Assembly (NCBI GenBank): GCA_051747585.1
Contig: JBNJGH010000020.1
Span: 1 to 43,070, forward strand
Direction: 5' to 3'
DNA length: 43,070 nt
From: Candidatus Rifleibacteriota bacterium
Lineage (GTDB): Bacteria; Muiribacteriota; Ozemobacteria; Ozemobacterales; Ozemobacteraceae
Shown here piece after piece: positions 28,354 to 36,441 of the stretch (its first letter is position 1; every line of letters begins with the position of its first letter). The notes beneath the pieces were generated by a model that worked only from the letters and a program-made list of their open reading frames with translations, was not told the DNA's origin and searched no databases. Made by a program: the position numbers and the translations under genes.

Positions 28354-31110
28354 TTACCTCTTAAGATTTACAACTTCCTGAAGAATTTCGTCGGAAGTGG
28401 TTATAACTCTTGAATTAGCCTGAAAGGCTCTTTGAGTGGTAATCATATTGGTGAATTCTTCAGAAATATCAACGTTACTCATTTCAAGAGAAGCAGGAAC
28501 AATGACGCCACGATCCATCTCGCCGGCTTTTCCTACTATTGGCTGGCCCGAATTAGGAGAAAATGAATACAGATTCTTACCCATCTTTTCAAGCCCACCC
28601 GGATTATTAAAGGTCGTCAGCGCCATTTGCCCGATTGGTTGCTTCTGACCATTACTGTAAACGCCACGAATGATTCCGTCTTCTTCAAAGTATATTTGCT
28701 CAAGCAGACCCATTTCGTAACCGTCCTGGCTTCTCGCTTTTGTGGTGAAGTCAGAGTCAAATTGAGTTATAAGCTCAGTGTCTAATTTAATACTTAAAGG
28801 ATTGCTTCCTTCCGGTTTCATTTTAACGTCTTGAACGAATGAGCGACCAAGATCGATTTTTCCGTTTTCTTGGAAAAACAGTGTGCCTTCGCGATCGGTA
28901 AGTAATGCATCGTTGGCGCGTTCAAGGTCGTCATCGGTAGGATCCTCGGGGTCAGCTATGTTGTTGGCAGGATCTTTAAGCCAGGCTTGAATTTCGGGAT
29001 CATCATCGGAATATCTGACCTTGTAAATCCACTCCATAGATTCGCTGTTAGTATGTTCCCATTCTGTAACAAGTCCATGTTTCGCACCCAGGGAATCATA
29101 AACGATTATGTTGGTAGAATGCTTTGCTCCCTCGTTTACTGCCCCGGTAATTTCGAAGGTTTCATCATTAACAGTAGTAGCAAATTTAAGAGTTTCTGAC
29201 GAAGGCTGAGGCACATATATGTTAACTGAGTCTGAAGCACCTTTTTCTTCAGTGGTACTGAAATTCATGGTTTCGTTAGGCAACCATTGGTTTAAGCCTT
29301 CAGTAAGAGTGAATGAAAGGCCACCAGAGTCGAACTCACTTATCGCAGCTGTGCCATTGGTTGTGCCGGCACTTAAGCCAAGCTGATTCATACTGTTGTT
29401 ACCCGAAAGAATTACCTGTTCACCAGATCCTGACTTGGAACCGGTTATAACCAGCTGATCAGGACTCCCGTCATTGTTGGTATCTGAAAAAGAGGCTGTC
29501 GCAGAAACGTTTTCCTGAGCAAGCTTCGAGTTGATCTCCGCCAGAATTGCGCCCCTGGTATAGATCTGATTGTTTCCTGCAAGCTCATCGCTGAAGCTTA
29601 TTAAAGCAGAATGTCCGTCTCGGTCGGTTATAGTAAAGCTTACATCGCTGGCCGGATCCCATACGTCATTTGCCGGATCATAGGCCGTGCTGTTTGCAAT
29701 TGCCAAAGCTTCGTCACTGAAAACTTCAGGCCGTGCACCACCAGTCCCGTTTGCAACCTCTTCGGTAAACCCAAGGTCAGCGAAATCGCCGGACGAATTG
29801 AGAATTTCGATTTCCTTATTGCTGCCTTCTTCGTTGCTTACAATTTGAAATTGTTGGGTAACAGAGTCGTAATATGCAGAAGCTCTTACGCCATTGTTTT
29901 TCATAGCCGTATTGATGTTATCTGTTATATCAGAGGTAGAATAAGTAGTACCGGCATCGAAATTTACAGTGGCGACTCTAGGTGGGTTGAACTGATTGTC
30001 TGCTATGTCAAAGGATGTGTTTGTTGCAGGAGTCCAATTTGCCCCAAAACCAACTGTAGTTCCTTTAATTCTAGCTTGTTCTCCACCCAGGGTTCCTGCA
30101 CCAATAAAGCCGCGTTCTGAGCCTACAACTCTATAAGAAGTTGCTCGGGTGGGATCGCCACCATCGAAGATTATTTGAACGTTTTCGTCTGTAACTTCAT
30201 TGCCTTCGGCCAATACTCCGGAACTGATGCCATCCCCCGTATTGCTTATTTCATTTATAGGCATTGTCGCAGTTGCGGGTTGAGGACTTCCGTCAGGGTC
30301 GTAGGTGAAGTAAGGCTCTGACGTTGTTGAGGTATCGCCACTAGGTTCTACGGAACTTTCTATAACATTTCCGCTGGCATCAGTTTTGATAGTGCCTGTT
30401 GCAACATTTCCCTCGCTTTCGTCATTTGCCGACCAGATCCAGTTTGTTGAATCCAGCTTTTTGAATTTGAACGAAAGGTTCTGAAAATTGCCTTCACTAT
30501 CTTTAAATGTAAGTGTATCCAGACCAAATTTAATGTCTCTTTCTTCAGAGCCGCTGTCAAGATTTGAGGCATAATGAATTTCGTTGGTCTGATGAGAATG
30601 TTTTTTAAGATACTTGGTAATATTTATGTCGTATGGCACGACCCCGGTTTCTTTCATTTCAAGGTTCCCGGTCTCGGGATCCTGGGTAGCTAACCAGCCT
30701 TGCATTTTGTAGCCGGTGTTGGCCATAACCATATCGTAGTTAGGATTTATGTTTAGATTTCCGTCTCTTGTGTAGTATGTGTTTCCATCATACCCTCTGG
30801 TGGCAAAGAACCCGGAACCTTCGATGGCAACATCGGTTTGTTTCCCGGTTCCTTCTATGGCACCCTGGTCCATCAGAGTGTCAATCGAAGCATTCTTAAC
30901 GCCCAGACCAACCTGCATCGGGTTTAAACCTCCGTAAGATCCGAAGGCTTGCTGTCCATGTCTTAGTGTCTGTGAAAACAGATCCTGAAACATGACTCGA
31001 CCTCTTTTAAATGCAGTTGTATTGACGTTGGAAATATTATTACTTACAACGTCCATTTTTGTCTGGTGCTGCTTAAGACCCGTTACTCCCGTAAATAAAG
31101 ATCTAATCAT
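28354..31110 (-). CDS. flgE: Flagellar hook protein FlgE, unusually large (918 aa)
   Basis: MIRSLFTGVTGL, NNISNVNT, YTRDG, LEMSNVDISEEFTNMITTQRAFQANSR. Confidence 0.95.
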   Translation of the reverse strand: MIRSLFTGVTGLKQHQTKMDVVSNNISNVNTTAFKRGRVMFQDLFSQTLRHGQQAFGSYGGLNPMQVGLGVKNASIDTLMDQGAIEGTGKQTDVAIEGSGFFATRGYDGNTYYTRDGNLNINPNYDMVMANTGYKMQGWLATQDPETGNLEMKETGVVPYDINITKYLKKHSHQTNEIHYASNLDSGSEERDIKFGLDTLTFKDSEGNFQNLSFKFKKLDSTNWIWSANDESEGNVATGTIKTDASGNVIESSVEPSGDTSTTSEPYFTYDPDGSPQPATATMPINEISNTGDGISSGVLAEGNEVTDENVQIIFDGGDPTRATSYRVVGSERGFIGAGTLGGEQARIKGTTVGFGANWTPATNTSFDIADNQFNPPRVATVNFDAGTTYSTSDITDNINTAMKNNGVRASAYYDSVTQQFQIVSNEEGSNKEIEILNSSGDFADLGFTEEVANGTGGARPEVFSDEALAIANSTAYDPANDVWDPASDVSFTITDRDGHSALISFSDELAGNNQIYTRGAILAEINSKLAQENVSATASFSDTNNDGSPDQLVITGSKSGSGEQVILSGNNSMNQLGLSAGTTNGTAAISEFDSGGLSFTLTEGLNQWLPNETMNFSTTEEKGASDSVNIYVPQPSSETLKFATTVNDETFEITGAVNEGAKHSTNIIVYDSLGAKHGLVTEWEHTNSESMEWIYKVRYSDDDPEIQAWLKDPANNIADPEDPTDDDLERANDALLTDREGTLFFQENGKIDLGRSFVQDVKMKPEGSNPLSIKLDTELITQFDSDFTTKARSQDGYEMGLLEQIYFEEDGIIRGVYSNGQKQPIGQMALTTFNNPGGLEKMGKNLYSFSPNSGQPIVGKAGEMDRGVIVPASLEMSNVDISEEFTNMITTQRAFQANSRVITTSDEILQEVVNLKR

Positions 31111-31130
31111 AGCACAGTTTCCTTTTCATA

Positions 31131-31332
31131 CGGCTTAATGTGCCGATAAACCGATCAGTCAGTTCCTTCTTTCCATCGGTAGCTCCCAGATGGGGGAGCA
31201 GCCAACCGAAAGAGAGCTATAACACCTCGTGTGATGCTCTCTTAACGGCTAACATGCTGGGAAAAAGCTCAGCTGTTTTAACGCCTTCGGTCGTTCGGGC
31301 GCTTAAGACTTCCCCGGGAGGGGTCCGGCCTT
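31131..31332 (-). ncRNA. Putative structured cis-regulatory RNA (seven consecutive stem-loops) in the flgE leader
   Basis: Hand-folded stems at 31305-31332, 31280-31303, 31251-31277, 31204-31250, 31182-31199, 31150-31180 and 31131-31145. More GC-rich than the adjoining A/T-rich spacer. Confidence 0.65.
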
Positions 31333-31339
31333 GTTATCA

Positions 31340-31392
31340 GATTTGTTTGCTTTTTATTTTTTCAGCTTTGCCTGTTCCCGATTTGTTTGCTT
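31340..31392. repeat. 13-bp direct repeat GATTTGTTTGCTT, 40-bp period
   Basis: Identical copies at 31340-31352 and 31380-31392. Partial TGTTTGCT at 31421-31428. Confidence 0.7.
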
Positions 31393-31432
31393 CCTTAATT
31401 CTGTAGTTAGTGCATTTTACTGTTTGCTCTCC

Positions 31433-31837
31433 TTAAATATTCTTCATACTTACACTATCTATATTTGTAACGATTCCGTCCTGCATTTCATCAACGCTCA
31501 TAGCTGTTATCATTGTCCGGTTCGGAACATTAACCAGAAACGCAGCTTCTTTTGTTATAATCAGAGAATCTTTTGCTCCTCTGTCTTCCAGCTCATTGAG
31601 AGTAAGATTTAAAGAAGCTTTTAGCTCATCGCTCAAGATAATGTTTCGATCAGCCAGACGGTTGGTAGCGTGTGCACTTATGCGAATCGGCTCCGTTGCA
31701 GGAGTTTCCAGTGCCCGGTTAAACAGATCAATGAATTTTTTGTTGTTGCCTGAAGTTTGGCTTGTATTTGTTCTGTTTAAGGGTATCCTGGTCCCCAATT
31801 GTGGGCTTTCAGGCCCGATCATTAGTCTGGGATCCAT
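31433..31837 (-). CDS. Flagellar operon protein, TIGR02530 family
   Basis: ISAHATNRLADRNI, GAKDSLI, FLVNVPNRTMITAM, VTNIDS. Sits between flgD and flgE. Confidence 0.9.
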   Translation of the reverse strand: MDPRLMIGPESPQLGTRIPLNRTNTSQTSGNNKKFIDLFNRALETPATEPIRISAHATNRLADRNIILSDELKASLNLTLNELEDRGAKDSLIITKEAAFLVNVPNRTMITAMSVDEMQDGIVTNIDSVSMKNI

Positions 31838-31880
31838 TATATGCCTCTTACTAAAGATTATTTTGTCAAGTAGCTTTTAG

Positions 31881-31899
31881 GGTTGAATCAACTTCAACC
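31881..31899. other. Perfect 7-bp inverted repeat just after the flgD stop
   Basis: GGTTGAA-TCAAC-TTCAACC, with no U-tract on the minus strand. Confidence 0.35.
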
Positions 31900-31908
31900 A
31901 CCTGGTTC

Positions 31909-32376
31909 TTATGCAGATTCGTCTGCTGAATCGCCTGATTCTGATGGATACATGGTGGGGCTGACTATCTGAACTTCGTCGATTGTAAAAGAATGCTCGC
32001 CAACTTTGAGATAGGGTGTTCCACTTTCAAAGCCGATCATTTCAACTACACCGGTAACCGGTTCTTCAAGACTTTGTTTTGTTGCTGTGACTGTAGTCCC
32101 AAGGAATCGCATTGCATCGCTTTTCTGATTTGATTTGAATTCTTGAACAAAGCCTTCAATATTTTCGTTCATATTGAGCATCTGTTCTAATGAACTGAAA
32201 CTTGACATCTGGCTGATGAATTCCATATCTTCCATTGGATTCATGGGATCCTGGTTTTTCAGCTGTTCAGTGAGAAGAAGAAGGAAGTCGTCTTTGCCGA
32301 GTTCCGAACTCGGATTGCGCTTTGTCGATGTGCCGTGTACGCTGGTAACTGGTACATCTACAGTGTCAATTGGCAT
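31909..32376 (-). CDS. flgD: Flagellar hook capping protein FlgD
   Basis: LGKDDFLLLL..QLKNQDPMNPM...FISQMSSFSSLEQM. Confidence 0.96.
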   Translation of the reverse strand: MPIDTVDVPVTSVHGTSTKRNPSSELGKDDFLLLLTEQLKNQDPMNPMEDMEFISQMSSFSSLEQMLNMNENIEGFVQEFKSNQKSDAMRFLGTTVTATKQSLEEPVTGVVEMIGFESGTPYLKVGEHSFTIDEVQIVSPTMYPSESGDSADESA

Positions 32377-32388
32377 TTTTTTTGCCTC

Positions 32389-34176
32389 CTAAACTGTCAG
32401 GTCTACCGATTGAATATTAAGTGCAACAGATCTCAGGTTGGGCAGAACATTCTTTTTGATGATCTGCTCGCCATTAGATTTGCTGACCTTTTCAATGCGG
32501 CTGGATTTGTTTTTACCTTCAGATAATTGTTGTCTATTTCTTTCATCGGGATTTCGGGAAGAAATATCCACAGTTATTTCTGTTAAATTTATTCCCTGTT
32601 CGTTCAGATGCTCTTTTATTTGCAGTGATAGTTGCTCTAGCTTGATTTTTGCCAGTTCGCTTTCAGCCGAGATCCTGGCAGATAAATTTCCATCCCTGGA
32701 GGTCAGTTCCATTTCCATTTTTCCCAATTCTTTTGGGTCCAGCTTCATGCTTAGAACTTTTTTCCCATCATTGGTTTTAAGCATTTCAGCCTTTTCGATA
32801 AGCTGAGAGAGAAAAACACTGTTATTAGGCGATGAAGCTGGTTTGTTTCCTGCAATTGAACTACTGTTTGCTCCGGAATTGGAAGAAAATCCGTTTGAAA
32901 ATCCACTACCGGAATTATTCTGGAAACCAGAAGACCTGTTACCTTGTTTTGTCTGCGGACTATAGGTGAAGGATGCCTCTTTGGCGGAACCTGCAGTTTT
33001 GTTGTTCAATAAGGTCTCAACAAATTTCTTTACTGCAACTTGTGCGCCTGTGTGGTCAGGAGCCTGCTCTTGGGTTTGAGGCTTAAAAGCAGTCTTATTT
33101 TTTGTTAGACCAGGTGCTGGGGTATCATCCGAAGAACTTTCTCTTTGTTGAATAGTTGTTTCACTTTGCTCCGATTCAGCTTTTTTAATCTTTGCGAATT
33201 CCTGACGCAATGTTTCTTTTGTATTTTTATTCTCAAGAGTTTCGGAATTATCCGCACTCTTTGAATTTAGTTTTTCTGCAAGAGCAGCATCAGCTTTTTG
33301 TTCTTTTTTATTTCCTGATTTATTTGAGTTGAATTTTGGCTCTTCAGATTTATTCGTTTCGTTTACTCTTTTGTTTGTGCTCGAGCCAGCTATGCCAGCT
33401 TCAGTGCCGTTTTGAACCTGTTCAGAACTTTCAATTGTTTCCTTTTGTGCCTGATTGTTTTGTTTCTTATTTGCAGAAGCTATCTCGGCAAGTTTTGCCG
33501 TTAACTTCTCTAATTCTTGAGAATCAAGAGTTTCAAGCAATTTCTGCTTCTGTGGTGAATCTGGCAAGCTGCTGATTTCTTCCTTGATGATGTCGGTTAA
33601 CAGTTCGGGATTGCTTTGAAGAGCATTTAACGAATTTTGATCAAGATTTTTGATGATTTCATTTAGAGCTATAAGTTCCTGATCTGATAAATCCGCTATT
33701 AATTCTTCTGCTTTCTTTTCTGAGCCGGTTAAGCTGATTAGTTCCTTCTTAACAGCTTCCACCTTTTCATCAAAGTTTTCGTTGTTTTCAGATTTGTTTG
33801 TTTTTGTCTCCTGTTTTTTATCAACCTGTTCGGCATCTTTCTTATTTTCAATGTCCTTTTTATTTATTTTCAGGCTTTCATTCTTTTTGTTGTAACTACC
33901 AGCTTCATTCTCGATTTTTCTATTATCAGAAAGTTTTTTTGGCCTGGTTAGGCTGAATGAATTCTGCTCGAAGCCGCGTCTTTCTGTTGAATGATTAGTT
34001 TCGAAGCTTTTATTCGCCTGGTATGTAACTTCATTAGAACTTAAGCCCGAAAACAGATTTTTTTCCAGTAGGGCAGAAAAGGCATTGTCATTTTTTTTCT
34101 GGCCAGGACTTTGAAAAACAGGAAAAGAGTTGTTGAGGGTTTCGCCCGATAGTCCATTTAAAAGCGCATTGTTCAT
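32389..34176 (-). CDS. fliK: Flagellar hook-length control protein FliK
   Basis: Low-complexity N-terminal part and C-terminal MKLDPKELGKM..L..HLNEQG domain. Precedes flgD. AGGAGGTGA RBS. Confidence 0.9.
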   Translation of the reverse strand: MNNALLNGLSGETLNNSFPVFQSPGQKKNDNAFSALLEKNLFSGLSSNEVTYQANKSFETNHSTERRGFEQNSFSLTRPKKLSDNRKIENEAGSYNKKNESLKINKKDIENKKDAEQVDKKQETKTNKSENNENFDEKVEAVKKELISLTGSEKKAEELIADLSDQELIALNEIIKNLDQNSLNALQSNPELLTDIIKEEISSLPDSPQKQKLLETLDSQELEKLTAKLAEIASANKKQNNQAQKETIESSEQVQNGTEAGIAGSSTNKRVNETNKSEEPKFNSNKSGNKKEQKADAALAEKLNSKSADNSETLENKNTKETLRQEFAKIKKAESEQSETTIQQRESSSDDTPAPGLTKNKTAFKPQTQEQAPDHTGAQVAVKKFVETLLNNKTAGSAKEASFTYSPQTKQGNRSSGFQNNSGSGFSNGFSSNSGANSSSIAGNKPASSPNNSVFLSQLIEKAEMLKTNDGKKVLSMKLDPKELGKMEMELTSRDGNLSARISAESELAKIKLEQLSLQIKEHLNEQGINLTEITVDISSRNPDERNRQQLSEGKNKSSRIEKVSKSNGEQIIKKNVLPNLRSVALNIQSVDLTV

Positions 34177-34221
34177 TTTTTCACCTCCTTCCTTTTAATT
34201 TTTTATACTTTCCCACTATCT

Positions 34222-34249
34222 TTATCGTCTTCTTTGTTCTTGAATCTTA
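34222..34249 (-). promoter_or_regulatory. Putative sigma-28 (FliA/SigD) promoter of the fliK operon
   Basis: Minus strand TAAG-N16-GACGATAA versus consensus TAAA-N15/16-GCCGATAA, ending 45 bp before the fliK start. Confidence 0.6.
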
Positions 34250-34362
34250 GTTTTATTTTTTTGTGCAAAATGCACAAAGCTGCTTAAAATTTTTCGCTCA
34301 ATGATTATCAACCTTTTACAAAAAACATCCCTCATCCCAGGCCGCAAAGCCAGAATTAATTA

Positions 34363-34391
34363 ACCACAGAGCACTCAGTGCTCTCTATGGT
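34363..34391. repeat. REP-like palindromic element built from CTCNGTGSN units
   Basis: ACCACAGAG-CA-CTCAGTGCT-CTCTATGGT. Contains the perfect inverted repeat AGAGCACT-C-AGTGCTCT. Confidence 0.55.
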
Positions 34392-34404
34392 GCAATTTCA
34401 TTAT

Positions 34405-34434
34405 TTGACGCAATAAATACAAAAAAGTTATTAT
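34405..34434 (+). promoter_or_regulatory. Possible sigma-70 promoter for the M23 peptidase gene
   Basis: TTGACG-N18-TATTAT upstream of the AAGGAG RBS. Confidence 0.4.
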
Positions 34435-34461
34435 GCACAAAACTAATAAGGAGCCAGGAAG

Positions 34462-36429
34462 TTGTATAAAAAATATTTAATTATTTTTGTTCTAATCGCT
34501 ATTTTGGGTTGCAATTTTTCTTTCGCAGCCGCTAAAAAGCCGATATGGCCTCTTGATATAAAAATTTCTCAAAGTTCCAGTTTTGCTGAATTTCGGGGCT
34601 TTAGATTTCACGCCGGAATAGATTTAAGAACTAAAAGAAAAACCGGGTTTCCGGTAAAAGCTATTGAAGACGGCTACATTTCAAGAATTAAAGTGCAGTT
34701 TAGAGGGTATGGTTATGCACTATATATTGATCACCCAAAAATAAACAAAAAGGTTGTGTATGGGCACCTGAGGGACTTTTCCGGCAAACCAAAACAATAT
34801 GTAGATAAAAAACTCAAGCGCATAGGGCAGCGTTTTGGCATTGATGATTATTTTAAGGCGAATAGATTTCCGGTCAAAAAAGGTCAGGTCGTCGGTTTTA
34901 CTGGAGAAACCGGGGCAGGGCCACCACATCTGCATTTTGAAATGAGAACAATGAATAATGAACCCGTGGCTCCAGCTCTGTCAGGTTACAGACCCCCGGA
35001 TAATATATATCCAAATTTTTACAAGTTTTATCTCGAGCCCTTTTCATTCCCCTGTGAAATAAATCGAAGTTTTTCTCCTTACGAAGTTAGAATTCGGAAA
35101 AGAAACAGGAAAAATGGCTTCCTGCCCAATAAGATTTACTTATCCGGCGAAGCCGGCTTGAAAGTCGGAATCTCTGATAATAATGGGGCAGGAAATGTAT
35201 ATACAATTGAAAAAGTAAATTTTAAATTGAACGGCAAAAAAGGTTTTGCCCGGGAATTTTATAAATACTCATATAGTCAAAACTACCAGTGCAGTCTGGT
35301 TTATGATTATTTAAAGTCAAAAATGCGTAATACCGGATACGTGATAAATATGTTTAAATTGCCCGGCGAAACACTGCCATTTGCAAAAGAATACAAAACC
35401 TGGTCTGGCATGTTGAACCCTAAGCAATTCCCATCGGGAAAGCTGCAGCTAAGTGCGCAGGATTATGGTCGGAATTTAATTGAATTAACCGGTTATATAG
35501 AATTTCATAAAGCTGATTATGAGAGACAAATTGATGCAGATATAATCTCTGGTTTTGTTTTTAATAATGTGGAATACACTCATAAATACTTAATTGCCCA
35601 CGGAAAAAGTAAAGGTAAACGCCGGCGTTTTCTAAGAGGTAGTATTGAAAGTCATAACAGTCAGAATTATAAAAAATTGTTGCCCTGTTTAATTTCGGGG
35701 AACAGAATTGAAATCGCTATACCTTTTGAAAAGCATTGGGAGAAGGGTGCCTGGATAAAAGATATTAGAATTTTGCCTGAAAATACATTTATTTCGGCTA
35801 ATGGCGGACAAGTAAGCATGGAAAATGGCGGCGAGGCTGTTTTTAACGGTAAAAGCCTCTTTTTTCCGGTTCTGGCAAGGTTTGTAAAAACTAATCTTTC
35901 TCCGCAGCCTGCAGGAAATAGTAAAACCGGCAGATTGGCTCCTTATTCACCGGTATGGACTCTTAAACCAGACAAACGAGTTTTTGCCAGTTCAGTTAGA
36001 ATAAGAATTAAACCGGCGAAATATGAGGGTGATCCTCAGAAGCTCGGAATTTATAAAGTTGGTAACAACAATAAATATTATCATGTTGGCGAGAAATATG
36101 TTGATGGCTGGTTTGAAGCTTCGACTAGATTGGGCGGATCCTGGACGATTCTCGAAGATAAGGTCAAGCCATATTTGCGCTACAAAAGACGTGGTTCGAC
36201 CTACCATCTTGGCAAAGTCTGGGTATTTGCAGTCAGCGACTTCGGCGAAGGTGTCGATTATCTGAGCGCAGAAGCTTATGCAGGTAAAGAAAAATTCGAA
36301 GTTTATTCTGACCCTGATAAATCTGAAATTTATGTTGTACGACCTTCAAAAAGTCGAAATATAAAATTGAAACTTCAGGTTAAAGACTATGCCGGCAATG
36401 TTGGCGAAATAATCAAGACTCTAAAGTAA
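34462..36429 (+). CDS. M23 family metallopeptidase, secreted, multi-domain
   Basis: Signal peptide, HAGID (HxxxD), YGHL, PHLHFE (HxH). Confidence 0.92.
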   Translation: MYKKYLIIFVLIAILGCNFSFAAAKKPIWPLDIKISQSSSFAEFRGFRFHAGIDLRTKRKTGFPVKAIEDGYISRIKVQFRGYGYALYIDHPKINKKVVYGHLRDFSGKPKQYVDKKLKRIGQRFGIDDYFKANRFPVKKGQVVGFTGETGAGPPHLHFEMRTMNNEPVAPALSGYRPPDNIYPNFYKFYLEPFSFPCEINRSFSPYEVRIRKRNRKNGFLPNKIYLSGEAGLKVGISDNNGAGNVYTIEKVNFKLNGKKGFAREFYKYSYSQNYQCSLVYDYLKSKMRNTGYVINMFKLPGETLPFAKEYKTWSGMLNPKQFPSGKLQLSAQDYGRNLIELTGYIEFHKADYERQIDADIISGFVFNNVEYTHKYLIAHGKSKGKRRRFLRGSIESHNSQNYKKLLPCLISGNRIEIAIPFEKHWEKGAWIKDIRILPENTFISANGGQVSMENGGEAVFNGKSLFFPVLARFVKTNLSPQPAGNSKTGRLAPYSPVWTLKPDKRVFASSVRIRIKPAKYEGDPQKLGIYKVGNNNKYYHVGEKYVDGWFEASTRLGGSWTILEDKVKPYLRYKRRGSTYHLGKVWVFAVSDFGEGVDYLSAEAYAGKEKFEVYSDPDKSEIYVVRPSKSRNIKLKLQVKDYAGNVGEIIKTLK

Positions 36430-36441
36430 AAAACTTCTTTA

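Noticed and set aside
31142..31149. Perfect sigma-28 -10 box GCCGATAA on the plus strand
   Set aside because: No TAAA-like -35 at 15-16 bp, it points antisense, and it overlaps a hairpin arm.
31170..31375. c-di-GMP-I riboswitch (GCAAA words upstream, AGCUACCGAUGG resembling its 3' end)
   Set aside because: No GNRA-capped P2 stem between the GCAAA motifs, and the parts are too far apart. The c-di-GMP-II consensus is not matched either.
31140..31406. 88-aa plus-strand ORF spanning the flgE leader (and the 93-aa ORF at 31331-31612)
   Set aside because: Antisense to the operon, no RBS and no recognisable protein features. The region is better explained as structured RNA.
31407..31434. AAGGAG followed by mini-ORF ATG-CAC-TAA after the TIGR02530 stop
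   Set aside because: SD-to-ATG spacing of about 13 nt is long, and a two-codon ORF arises easily by chance.
31836..31869. Perfect TTGACA and TATAAT upstream of the TIGR02530 gene
   Set aside because: Spacing is 22 bp and the TATAAT overlaps the start codon, so this is not a workable sigma-70 geometry.
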